Below, one piece after another: positions 16,001-25,085 of a DNA stretch of 64,000 bases. Numbering within the stretch: the stretch's first letter is position 1; the number at the start of each line of letters is the position of its first letter. Both the position numbers and the translations under genes were made by a program. The stretch spans positions 258,478 through 322,477 of IMG/VR virus record IMGVR_UViG_3300042482_000702; one strand, 5' to 3'. The notes beneath the pieces are model-generated. The model was not told the origin of the DNA and ran no database searches. It saw only the letters and a program-made list of their open reading frames with translations.

Positions 16001-17949
16001 ATGGTACAAAATGGGTAGATTATCAGGACACACAAGATTGTACAAACTCATTAAAGTTTAATGTTTGGAATAATAGAGAAAGAACTATATCGGGAGAATT
16101 TCAAATGAGTTATTCTGTTTATTTTTGGGCATCACAAGATGATAATAATAAAAGAGCTTTTGAAGTTTATGGATGTTGTGGTGATATGTACACTGCAAGT
16201 GAATCAATCAACCACGGACATTCTATCAGACTTATTAAAGATAATTCTGATAACACAGGAACAATGACTGACTATGATGGTAATGTTTACTCAACAGTAA
16301 AGATAGGAGACCAAGTATGGTTAGCACAAAATTTAATGGTTACACATTACAATGATGGTACACCTATACCTTATGCGGAAGACAATACCACATGGGCGGC
16401 TAGTTCTGATGCTTTTTGCGCATACGAAGGAAATTGGGCTAATGTGGGGTGTGACGCACCAACACCTACTCCAACCCCTACACCAACAAATGAACAATTA
16501 CCAACACCAACAGTAACTACAACCTCAACACCTACACCAACTCCGACAAAGACACCAACCCCTACACCATTACCACCTACAGAATTTATATCTATATGGA
16601 GAACAACATCTCTTGATGAATCTATAACACTTCCTTATAACTTATCTGGAGCATACACAGGAACTATAGATTGGGGTGATGGTAATATATCTAGTAATTC
16701 TTATTCTAACAGAACTCATACTTACCTTACACCTGGTGATTACACAGTAACTGTATTTGGAACAATAAATGGATGGTCTTTTGGAGTTAGTAGTACTCTA
16801 AATAACGCTGTTAAAATACGAAGTATTAGTCAATGGGGAAGTTCATTTAGATTAGGTAATCAAACTCAGTGTTTTAGTAATTGCTCTAACTTAAACTTAA
16901 GTGGAGTTACAGACATACTGAATTTAGATGGAACTACTACTCTTTCTAATATTTTTAATGATTGCACATCATTAACCACAGTTGGTAGGATGAATGAGTG
17001 GGATGTTAGTCGGGTAACTAGTATGTTATTTATGTTTGTAAATTCCACATTCAATCAAAACATAGGAAATTGGAATGTTAGTAATGTTACTACTATGAAT
17101 GGTATGTTTTATAGGGCGACATCATTTAATCAAGATATTAGTTCTTGGAATGTTGGTAATGTAACTAATATGGATAATATGTTTAATATTGCACCCTCAT
17201 TTAATCAAGATTTAAGTAGTTGGTGCGTAACTCTTATTCCAACAACGCCCGCAGATTTTGACACACAAGCAACATCTTGGGTATTACCAAAACCAATATG
17301 GGGAACTTGTCCGGGACCAACACCAACACCAACAATAACTCAAACACCAACAAGAACACCATTACCACCGACAGAAGTTTTTATAGGTACACAAATCTTT
17401 ACTAATAGTAACCTTGATGTTACAACGTATAGAGATGGTACTGAAATACCACAAGTAACTGGTCAAACAGCTTGGGATAATTTAACCACTGGAGCTTGGT
17501 GCTATTACGCAAACAATACAGCTAATGGAGTTGTTTACGGAAAGTTATATAATTGGTATGCTGTTGCAGGAATAGATGGTAGTGGAATACCAAGAAATTT
17601 AGCACCTTTAGGTTATCATATTCCAACAGATGCAGAATGGACTACATTAACAACATATTTAGGAGGAGAAAGTGTAGCAGGAGGTAAAATGAAATCAACA
17701 GGAACATCGCTTTGGACAAACCCTAATACAGGAGCAACTAATGAGAGTGGTTTTACAGGTCTTCCTGGAGGGGGTCGCTACAGCAATGTGTCGTTCAACG
17801 CCATTGGCATCTTCGGTTTTTGGTGGAGTTCGTCAGAGGACATTTCTACTAGAGCCTGGTACCGCAACCTGAGTACCAACAATAACGATGTTAGCAGAAG
17901 CACCTACAATAAGAAAGACGGTTTCTCAGTAAGATTAATAAAAGACTAA
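13090..17949 (+). CDS. Large multidomain virion adhesin/fibre: 3 BspA-like LRR_5 modules, 2 Fib_succ_major (FISUMP) domains, DUF285 repeats, PT linkers
   Basis: Probable start MKGQKL at 13090 after TATTTAT (13069-13075); repeated FDLPTYG..LP..PDGDIQYLIDNN blocks; LYNW/GWHLP/WWSSS/SVRLIKD motifs; WDVSRVT/WNVSNVT repeats. Confidence 0.8.
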   Translation: MKGQKLEIRNNGNSNTTIKYQNFNDSIWRNGVILRANQIMKIWCVKGTFSSVSKNVVILSSLDWPLAKPPVIGTSNCVLPDGLISINVLTSIVLENPSEIITFDLTFDPINDWMYLKSDPNYINRNEIRTYTSIYSYNPQRMVLYDRRTGCKAINGFYVSTNIVYVTNGVMEITDDTGTRNPTPTPTKSLPPTPTPTETPTPTPTKTLTPTPTPSLTPNFTHSLRLTFDTTENINLLVGDPTNVLNWNVFFDSWNYGNSFSSVTIDDVNVILFGGGNLTIKNNLFEGNNSLIGIVDEFNCVISLGDYVFSSCLNLTTINLPSVTYCGEYCFNNIPKVEVINLPNLMVALSNSFNGESVLTELSLPSLINAGSYCFNSRSNVTKFYLPNLISIENYGFNNCTSITDLYIPSILAFGETFDSYEIFDGTTGNTINLTVSSYVMTGNTGLPDTDIQYLIDNNNITLTIVDVQTSSFTQPSLMLVFDDISNAETLMGYSLSVRDWNTFFDLPTYGYPFTSVEVSGNTVSLFGGSQIIIKDELFLNNIHLISVSDTLGCVMSIGNYSFLGCTSALTFNFPSVVSVGIYGGCFEQCVSLTTINLPLVTIISDDCFYNCTSLISINLPWVTTIGISSFAYCSSLTTMNLPLCTNLGETVVNNNVFANITGQTITLTIPSELMTCNEGLPDGDVQYLIDNNEVTVVEISTSAEIYLSLNLTFDNITNADLLVGDVSLITNWNTFFDLPTYGNQFINVEVSGNTVSLMGGSEITIKHNLFYNNINIISIYDTGSVIALNNSSFDSCTNLTTINLPSCINLGGSVLNDDVFNFIVGQTITLTIPNILMTCNGGFPDGDIQYLIDNNDVTVIEITIPIPTPTPTPTPIPTPTPSNDLTYMLLPDNDLYYELIEPTPTPTPTPTPTAIFVDCVNEGLLYNWQAATYSGTGNTTIAPAGWHLPTIEEFNTLRTFLSNSSYDLIDGTKWVDYQDTQDCTNSLKFNVWNNRERTISGEFQMSYSVYFWASQDDNNKRAFEVYGCCGDMYTASESINHGHSIRLIKDNSDNTGTMTDYDGNVYSTVKIGDQVWLAQNLMVTHYNDGTPIPYAEDNTTWAASSDAFCAYEGNWANVGCDAPTPTPTPTPTNEQLPTPTVTTTSTPTPTPTKTPTPTPLPPTEFISIWRTTSLDESITLPYNLSGAYTGTIDWGDGNISSNSYSNRTHTYLTPGDYTVTVFGTINGWSFGVSSTLNNAVKIRSISQWGSSFRLGNQTQCFSNCSNLNLSGVTDILNLDGTTTLSNIFNDCTSLTTVGRMNEWDVSRVTSMLFMFVNSTFNQNIGNWNVSNVTTMNGMFYRATSFNQDISSWNVGNVTNMDNMFNIAPSFNQDLSSWCVTLIPTTPADFDTQATSWVLPKPIWGTCPGPTPTPTITQTPTRTPLPPTEVFIGTQIFTNSNLDVTTYRDGTEIPQVTGQTAWDNLTTGAWCYYANNTANGVVYGKLYNWYAVAGIDGSGIPRNLAPLGYHIPTDAEWTTLTTYLGGESVAGGKMKSTGTSLWTNPNTGATNESGFTGLPGGGRYSNVSFNAIGIFGFWWSSSEDISTRAWYRNLSTNNNDVSRSTYNKKDGFSVRLIKD
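17773..17930 (+). other. Probable DGR variable region at the 3' end of the adhesin gene
   Basis: Abrupt enrichment of NNC codons and GC in a gene otherwise ending codons in A/T; consistent with adenine-mutated AAC/AAT template codons; C-terminal FISUMP (C-type lectin fold) domain. Confidence 0.7.
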
Positions 17950-18023
17950 TCAACACCGACACCGACACCTACACCAACATCAACATAAAATCAATAAAAT
18001 AACTATTTATAAATAAAAACATT

Positions 18024-20162
18024 ATGAAAGGACAAAGATTAATAATTAAAAATAACGGCACAACAAAAATTACATTAAAATATATAAATTTAAGTGATTT
18101 TTTGTTAAGAGACAACGTATCTTTAAATCCAAATCAAGTTAGGCACATATGGTGTGTTAAAGGAACTTTTAGTCACACATCAGGTGATTTATCAATTATT
18201 TCAGATATTGGTTGGCCACCTAAGAAAATAATTCAAAAACCAACACCTACACCAACGCCTACTAAAACATTTGTGCCAACTCAAACCCCAACTCAAACCC
18301 CAACAAATACCCCAACTAACACAGAAACACCAACTCAAACACCAACACCAACTCAAACACCTACACCAACAGATGTGTCGTTAATAACCCCTACCCCAAC
18401 ACAAACTCCAACACAAACAATGGAAGCAGGATATCACTATATTGCAAATTTATATGATTGTACATATGATTGTGCTCTTGCAGGTCCAAGTTTACCAGTT
18501 AAATCAACAACAACACCTTTAGAAATTGGTAAATTTTATAAAGACCCAGGTAGCCTTTCAGGTGGTACAGGATATTGTTGGGAAATTTTATCAGTAGGTA
18601 ATGAAATGACAATAGTCGATTTAGATTTAATGACACCATATGACACTTGTTCAGATTGTTGCGCCTTTTTATCTCCAACTCCAACAGCTACTCCTACGGA
18701 AACACCGACACCTACTCCAACAGCTACTCCTACGGAAACACCGACACCTACTCCTACTCCTACGGAAACTTCAGCACCTGCACCCAATGTTACATTTATA
18801 AATAATTCCACAATTGCATCTATAGATGATTTTATTGATAATTCAGGGTTTATATCATTAACTAACTTAACTGGTTCATTCCCTGTGACTTCAGGACAAA
18901 CACTTTCAGGGTATCACTCTATTATAACGGATGGACAACCTAGTACAACTATATCTGGTCAAGGAGTTATTAATTACTTAATAGAGATTAATGGTTTAGT
19001 GGTTTCTTCAGGTTCTACAGAAATCCCTGTTGGATTGGGTCTTGGTACGGGATTACCTTTAGATATTACCGATATTTTAGTGATAACAATAATTAACGAA
19101 CCTATACCCCTTACTATTTCATTAGAAGGATTTTACTTTTCAGGTTCGGTAGGTGCTGGATATCAAGCAATTGCTAACCAACCATTAATCGATGATGTAA
19201 CTATTAATTTTACTAATATATTAGGAACTATTACAGGACCACCGCTAGTAATTAGTGGTTCTGTTGAAATCTTATCAGGACAAACAAGTGGTTTTACTCA
19301 AACATTTATTGATTACGACTATAATAATTTAACAGAAGAAAGTTCATTCACTGGAATAACGTTTGAAGAGGTAGGGTTACCACAATATATTTTTTCAGGT
19401 GAAGTATCAGGTTCAACATTTAATGTAACACCTACACCAACACCAACGAATGAACAATTACCAACACCTACACCAACGGCGGAAGCAATAACAGGTGTTA
19501 CACCAACAGTAACCTCAACACCGACACCTACACCAACAATAAGTCCCGTAATGGCATCGTTATTTATTGATATAGTTGAGGGTTATAACGGTATTTCATT
19601 TGATGGGGTTACATATACATCAGACACAACAATCAATGTTATTAAAAATCAACAATATACTATTATTGCGTTTAATGGTAGTGGGTTGTTCCAAAATTGG
19701 GAGGGTACTAATGTTGATTTACCTGTACCTAATTCATCTAATACCATTGTAACTGTCACCGGTAATACCGCAACATTAAAAGCTGTGTTCCCTGAAGTAA
19801 CACCAACTCCAACTCCAACAGAAACACCAACACCTACTCCAACCCCAACAGTTGTCTCAAATGTGTTTAATGTAACTGCTGATGGTTCCTCTGCTTATAT
19901 AATAAACGGACAATCAAACCCTACATTAAGTATAACTGAAGGGGAAACTTATACATTTAACATATCAGCAATTGGACATCCGTTTTGGATTAAAACAGTA
20001 AATTCAACAGGCACAGAAAACTCATATAATGATGGAGTAACTAATAATGGAACTGATGACGGGACAATAACGTTTACAGTCCAATATGGTACACCATTTA
20101 TCCTTTATTATAATTGTCAATTCCATGCTAGTATGGCGGGTACTATAAATTTAACGCCTTAA
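18024..20162 (+). CDS. PT-linker multidomain virion protein with C-terminal cupredoxin-like domain
   Basis: N-terminus paralogous to 13090 (MKGQxLxIxNNG..IWCVKGTFS); C-terminal [18 protein letters not shown]. Confidence 0.75.
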   Translation: MKGQRLIIKNNGTTKITLKYINLSDFLLRDNVSLNPNQVRHIWCVKGTFSHTSGDLSIISDIGWPPKKIIQKPTPTPTPTKTFVPTQTPTQTPTNTPTNTETPTQTPTPTQTPTPTDVSLITPTPTQTPTQTMEAGYHYIANLYDCTYDCALAGPSLPVKSTTTPLEIGKFYKDPGSLSGGTGYCWEILSVGNEMTIVDLDLMTPYDTCSDCCAFLSPTPTATPTETPTPTPTATPTETPTPTPTPTETSAPAPNVTFINNSTIASIDDFIDNSGFISLTNLTGSFPVTSGQTLSGYHSIITDGQPSTTISGQGVINYLIEINGLVVSSGSTEIPVGLGLGTGLPLDITDILVITIINEPIPLTISLEGFYFSGSVGAGYQAIANQPLIDDVTINFTNILGTITGPPLVISGSVEILSGQTSGFTQTFIDYDYNNLTEESSFTGITFEEVGLPQYIFSGEVSGSTFNVTPTPTPTNEQLPTPTPTAEAITGVTPTVTSTPTPTPTISPVMASLFIDIVEGYNGISFDGVTYTSDTTINVIKNQQYTIIAFNGSGLFQNWEGTNVDLPVPNSSNTIVTVTGNTATLKAVFPEVTPTPTPTETPTPTPTPTVVSNVFNVTADGSSAYIINGQSNPTLSITEGETYTFNISAIGHPFWIKTVNSTGTENSYNDGVTNNGTDDGTITFTVQYGTPFILYYNCQFHASMAGTINLTP

Positions 20163-20266
20163 TATAAAAATATAGATAAATTATTCTCTAATACCAAACA
20201 ATGATTTGGATATAGAACTATTATATTAAAAACAAATAACTTAACAATAAAAAAAAAACAAAAATT

Positions 20267-22378
20267 ATGGCAATAGGAGCAAGAATATTAAGTAACAATT
20301 TAAGTGGTGAAACCGTAGATGTTACTTTTTTACCATTTACAGGTGGAACAATTGATTTGGGAGAACAAACAATCCCATTTAATAACTTAACACCATACCC
20401 TTACGGTACGTATGAAGTGTATGTACCATTATATGACCAGACATATGAGGTGGTAATAAATCAAGGAGCTAGTGGTCAAACATTTAGTTTTGTGTCTAAA
20501 TTAACCGGAAGCAATAATCACGGAGCGGTAACATTAAACTTTACTGATTTAACTGCTCAAATTATTGATTTAAATGTTGATTACACCGGATGGTACATTA
20601 ATGATATATACCCAATTACAGATTATGGTTATGGATACTTTTTTCAAAATGATAGTACTTGTAATTTACAATGGGTTATTTTTGCAGATGTATTAGGTAA
20701 TATAATGGAAAGTTTCCAAACAAATTGTGATTGTGATTACGGTTATGACGATTTAGGTGGAAAATGGATATATTTTAATGACCATTTTAACGGTATATTA
20801 AAATATTTTAATGGTAAAGATGTCTATACATTAACTGCCGACACATCAAGTGAATATATTAATGTTAATGATTCTTGGGACGGTGTTATGTCAAATGATA
20901 ACTTTAGTATAACTATTTATAATACAATTAGTGGTACCGCAGTTAGTTATATTGTTAACGGTTCAACTTTAATACCATTTAATGAATTTAATAGTTCAGG
21001 ATATAACCAAAATATTATCACCTATTTTAGTGGTAGTTGGATAGCTGAAACGATTTACTCCGCTGGTCCTCCTATTCCTGAATCGATTTACGCCGTTGGT
21101 TCTGATAATTATGAAACATTAAAGTTTTATGATGGAACCGACGGAACTTTATTACAAACATTAAACCTAACAGGGGATACTTACACAGATTACGATATAA
21201 GCCCTTACGGTGATAATAAAATAGGTGGTTTATTCTATAAGGATGGTGACCCATTAGTTGATTATCTTATCTTCCAATATGACGGTAACACCGATACATT
21301 AATCACAACAACACACGCATACGCAAATTATGATTATAGAAATATATCCTCAAGAGATAATTTTTTCCCAAATCCTGGAGGTTCAGAAGCTTTGGTAATA
21401 AAACTTCAAAATACGGCGAGTTATAACAATATTGGAGAGGTTGTTAATTACTGTGATTTAATTTATATGTTAAGTGGTGATACTGATTTTACCACATATG
21501 TCTTCCAAGATAGTGGGACTGGAGATAAATCAATACGTAATTCGATGCGTGTAAGTGATATAGTTAATGGAATTTGTGATAATGGTGATGGATATGTTTC
21601 TTCATTAGTTATTAATTCAAGTGGTGTTACAATCACTTCAAGTGGGATTTTAACATCTGATAATGGTGGAAATGAAGTTTATGATGTTGGCAACGGAGTT
21701 GTTAATTTATTTTACACAGATAATAATTCAACAGGTTGTACCCTTACATACATTAACGGAGAAGGTGTTGTGAGTGATACAATCTCAGGAATTACATTTG
21801 GAATAGGAGGAGCATTTGATGCTAATAATACCGGAGGATTATTTCAGTTTAGTAATTCTTTAGGTGATGATTATTATATTACCGAAATGTCTGACTTATT
21901 TCAAACAGGTAATACTTTAGTTAATTCAGGGACAACCCAAGTTTATTACGTTCAAGGCAAATTCAGACCAGATTTTTTACTTCCTAGTTTACTATTGTCT
22001 GTTGATTATGTTACTAAAGAATATAATATATTATCATCAACAGGTTATACACAACACTTTGATTTATATGAGATTGGTGAATATGGTAGTTCATTTAATA
22101 TTGCTGTTGGAGATGATAAATTTATGTATACATTTTTCGATTTAAGTGGTAATACAAATATTAGTCTATATGATTTTAATGGTAACCGATTAAATCGTCT
22201 TGTAACATCACATACAACTTTTAATATTCCACGAGCTTGTGGAAATAGTTTTGTACAAAGAATTAATGAGAATGGTAATTACTACATATATTTGGTAAGT
22301 GAAACCGAAATATCACCATCAATACTTACAGATGATAATAATTATTATACATTTAACGACTATATTTGGTGGGACTAA
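20267..22378 (+). CDS. Putative structural protein (beta-rich, Gly/Asn/Thr-rich)
   Basis: 703 aa; composition and position with the adhesin genes. Confidence 0.65.
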   Translation: MAIGARILSNNLSGETVDVTFLPFTGGTIDLGEQTIPFNNLTPYPYGTYEVYVPLYDQTYEVVINQGASGQTFSFVSKLTGSNNHGAVTLNFTDLTAQIIDLNVDYTGWYINDIYPITDYGYGYFFQNDSTCNLQWVIFADVLGNIMESFQTNCDCDYGYDDLGGKWIYFNDHFNGILKYFNGKDVYTLTADTSSEYINVNDSWDGVMSNDNFSITIYNTISGTAVSYIVNGSTLIPFNEFNSSGYNQNIITYFSGSWIAETIYSAGPPIPESIYAVGSDNYETLKFYDGTDGTLLQTLNLTGDTYTDYDISPYGDNKIGGLFYKDGDPLVDYLIFQYDGNTDTLITTTHAYANYDYRNISSRDNFFPNPGGSEALVIKLQNTASYNNIGEVVNYCDLIYMLSGDTDFTTYVFQDSGTGDKSIRNSMRVSDIVNGICDNGDGYVSSLVINSSGVTITSSGILTSDNGGNEVYDVGNGVVNLFYTDNNSTGCTLTYINGEGVVSDTISGITFGIGGAFDANNTGGLFQFSNSLGDDYYITEMSDLFQTGNTLVNSGTTQVYYVQGKFRPDFLLPSLLLSVDYVTKEYNILSSTGYTQHFDLYEIGEYGSSFNIAVGDDKFMYTFFDLSGNTNISLYDFNGNRLNRLVTSHTTFNIPRACGNSFVQRINENGNYYIYLVSETEISPSILTDDNNYYTFNDYIWWD

Positions 22379-22407
22379 TAAAAAAAATTAAATAAAAAAT
22401 TATAAAT

Positions 22408-22653
22408 ATGAAAAAACCAGTAAGAATTACAATAGATAAAGAATCACCAAAAGGTGAACTTACATCATACTTAACTCAGTTTGATGTAACTGAAACTACA
22501 ACAGTTTTAGAACTTAAAACAACAATAAAAGACTCAATTAAATTTCCATATGAACTTGTTAAAGAAACATTATGGGGTAGTTCTACTGAGTTAAAAGATG
22601 TTGATTTAATCCCAAAAAACGGAAGACTTGAATACAACCTTTTAATTAAATAA
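22408..22653 (+). CDS. Small protein, possible ubiquitin-like (beta-grasp) fold
   Basis: FDVTETTTVLELKTTIKDSIKFP pattern aligns by eye with ubiquitin strand2-helix1; no C-terminal GG. Confidence 0.5.
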   Translation: MKKPVRITIDKESPKGELTSYLTQFDVTETTTVLELKTTIKDSIKFPYELVKETLWGSSTELKDVDLIPKNGRLEYNLLIK

Positions 22654-22656
22654 TAA

Positions 22657-22686
22657 GAAACCCCTCTTAAACGGAGGGGTTTTTTT
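22657..22686. terminator. Bidirectional intrinsic terminator
   Basis: AACCCCTC-TTAAACG-GAGGGGTT plus T-run between convergent genes. Confidence 0.85.
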
Positions 22687-23654
22687 ATGAAACCTTGTTA
22701 TTTGTTTATTTTTTAAAATTTAGTTCCACAAGAAGAACAAAATTTATCAGAATCTTTTTTTCTTTTTTTACCACAATTACCACAATAAACTTTTAAATCT
22801 TTATTGTTGTATTGTTTTTGTGATTCAGGTAATATCTTCCATATAGAAGTAGAACATGCGTAGTGATTAAACGATTTATTCACCGTTTGGAATGATTGGT
22901 CACTTTTACCACCTTTCTCAACTCTACCGGTCTCTAATGAATCCATAGTAACCTCTTTTTTACCACTAATATTGATATTTCCTGATGAGGTATTAAACAT
23001 AGCTGAACTAATTCCCGCAGTTAATGTACTGTATGATGCCGTTCCGGTTGTTGAACCCGCAAATCCATTAGTTGTAAATGTAATTCCTCCAGTATTTGTT
23101 GTGTGGGTAGGTGGTTGAAATGACCCACCCGTGTTTGTAGAATAAGTTGGTCCACCAAATGAACCCCCATAACTAATATTGTTTGTCCACACCGGTTGTT
23201 TATACTCATCAAAGAAGTCAATAACAACATCCCCATTTCCGGAGATGGCATCCAACACCTCATTTGATGTTCCGTCAACCTCATAAGTTTCAAACTTGAA
23301 TTTACGAGCATCGTCAAGATATCTCTCAAGGAAAATTCGTTGTCCCGGTTTAAGAACAATTCCTCCTCCGGAGATATAATTTCCGTCAAGTTTAATTTTA
23401 GATAATACTGTGTTAGTGGAGGGGTTAAATAATTCTAGTTGGAATTCATCCCCATTTTTAAGATAGACATTTTGTCCAACTTGTTTAAGACGTTTTTTGT
23501 CTTTTGTGATATACGCACAAGGCGTACCTGTTTTTGTTTGGTAATACATAATTTCCTTATTTTATTTTTTATGTTTATTGAACTTCTCTTCGTTGGTATC
23601 AATTCCAACTCAAATGCCACTTTGGACACGAGAACCTCAGCAACAAGGTTTCAT
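22687..23654. repeat. 13-bp perfect inverted repeat enclosing one ORF
   Basis: ATGAAACCTTGTT (22687-22699) and AACAAGGTTTCAT (23642-23654). Confidence 0.75.
22713..23549 (-). CDS. Hypothetical protein with C-terminal zinc ribbon
   Basis: 278 aa; YCGNCG..FCSSCG; low-complexity G/T/S linker. Confidence 0.8.
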   Translation of the reverse strand: MYYQTKTGTPCAYITKDKKRLKQVGQNVYLKNGDEFQLELFNPSTNTVLSKIKLDGNYISGGGIVLKPGQRIFLERYLDDARKFKFETYEVDGTSNEVLDAISGNGDVVIDFFDEYKQPVWTNNISYGGSFGGPTYSTNTGGSFQPPTHTTNTGGITFTTNGFAGSTTGTASYSTLTAGISSAMFNTSSGNINISGKKEVTMDSLETGRVEKGGKSDQSFQTVNKSFNHYACSTSIWKILPESQKQYNNKDLKVYCGNCGKKRKKDSDKFCSSCGTKF

Positions 23655-23831
23655 TTATAAATATAAGGATGTTTTGTTTTATTGTAAATAAAAAACCCCC
23701 AAGTTTCCTCGGAGGTTCTATGTAGGAGTTCTCGGGTATCTACACTGATTAACGACAATCAGACCATCGTTCGCGACCTGTAAGAGTCCAACGACTGATA
23801 TTATACTATACTTACACTCAAATATCTATTG

Positions 23832-23904
23832 TGGTCCCGGAGAATTACGATATCCCGACTTCTACATTATGAGTGTAGCACTCTAACCTCTGAGTTACGA
23901 GACC
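23832..23904 (-). tRNA. tRNA-Met/Ile2 (CAT)
   Basis: Cloverleaf; CTACA-CTCATAA-TGTAG; non-canonical T-loop ATCGTAA. Confidence 0.75.
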
Positions 23905-23944
23905 AATTATGGGTTTTTAATGAACCCATAAAACATATGTCAAT

Positions 23945-24178
23945 TTATTGGTGGTGCTTAATGTACCTCCCAAATTTATCAACCCTCACAGAGAGTTTCT
24001 CCAATCTAAAGTTCCAATTATCGAACTTTCCTAAGCCAGATTTTACTCTCGCCTGTTTAACCGCAGATACTTCTGCCTTCTCACGTCCTTCTTCCGTAGT
24101 TTCTACGAAAAAAGTGGGAGCCTGAACACCAGTCTTACTGGTAGGGACTACTCTCCAAATTCTCAATTTCTGAGTCAT
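23945..24178 (-). CDS. Hypothetical protein
   Basis: 77-aa ORF inside the tRNA array with AT-rich leader. Confidence 0.65.
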   Translation of the reverse strand: MTQKLRIWRVVPTSKTGVQAPTFFVETTEEGREKAEVSAVKQARVKSGLGKFDNWNFRLEKLSVRVDKFGRYIKHHQ

Positions 24179-24353
24179 AAATTTTAGCTAATAGCTAAAA
24201 CTATGTGGAGTTGGGTTGGTTGTTTTTCATATTAATTAGTTTAATTTTTTAAATAAAATGATGTTTAAATCTCCAAGTAAAAAAAAATACTGTTATTAGT
24301 AGTATTATCTTTATTACCTTAATAATCTTTTTTCCCATATTGATAATATTTTG

Positions 24354-24438
24354 TATCCGGAGAGGGACTTGAACCCTCAATCTCCTTTCGGAAAACTAGA
24401 TTTTAAGTCTAGCGTGTATACCATTTCACCACCCAGAT
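24354..24438 (-). tRNA. tRNA-Leu(TAA)
   Basis: Cloverleaf with long variable arm; CTAGA-CTTAAAA-TCTAG. Confidence 0.92.
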
Positions 24439-24658
24439 GTGTTCCCCCAATGAGATTAGTTTGGGGTAGAATTTTTTCGGTTTTTCTATTCAAAAGTCGA
24501 GACGGTCTTACCCGCACATAAAAGTCAACTATTACTTGGAGGTGAGTTAGTATGCTCCCTTTTTTCCAAAGACCTCATCTATCAAACCGTTTGAGGCGTC
24601 AGCTACATCTTTGTTTAAGAAACGATGCCAAATCTCTTGAGTATCTCTATCTCAATTG

Positions 24659-24739
24659 AGCTTCCGGTTGGATTCGAACCAACGTGCCATTCGGTCCTAC
24701 TTACAAAATAGGTGCAATCAACCACTATGCGACGGAAGC
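24659..24739 (-). tRNA. tRNA-Thr(TGT) with extended variable region
   Basis: CCTAT-TTTGTAA-GTAGG; 12-nt variable region ACCGAATGGCAC. Confidence 0.85.
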
Positions 24740-24949
24740 CTGTTGCAGAGTATTTTTTTTAAGTAGAAGTCAACTCTGTCTCTTAAACTACTAAAAGAAA
24801 CTGTCCAAGGTCTATCCTGCTTTCGCTGTCCAGATTTTTCTCTGTTTCTTAAAACATCATCACTTCGGCCACATTGGGAGAACCGCAGTTCCCACGTTGT
24901 TTAAGGAGGTAGTTGGCGGTGTATCACACCGAGTTATGATAATGTATTG

Positions 24950-25023
24950 TACCCCCAGTGAGAGTCGAACTCACAAAACTCTTCATCCTAAGTGAAGCGA
25001 CTTTCCCGTTTGTCCACAGGGGT
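24950..25023 (-). tRNA. tRNA-Leu(TAG) with short variable loop
   Basis: CTTCA-CTTAGGA-TGAAG; variable region only AGTTTT. Confidence 0.85.
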
Positions 25024-25085
25024 AAATTGATGGGACTTTAACCCATCTGTTGACTATAACAAAAACATAAAGAAAGAAAAATTAG

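Noticed and set aside
13630-19850. ACACCA-type tandem repeats as CRISPR or VNTR elements
   Set aside because: They are in-frame Pro/Thr linkers of the adhesin ORFs
24950-25023. Amber suppressor tRNA or stop-codon reassignment
   Set aside because: The anticodon itself is TAG (reads CUA, Leu); no CTA, TTA or TCA anticodon was found, and long ORFs are intact in the standard code
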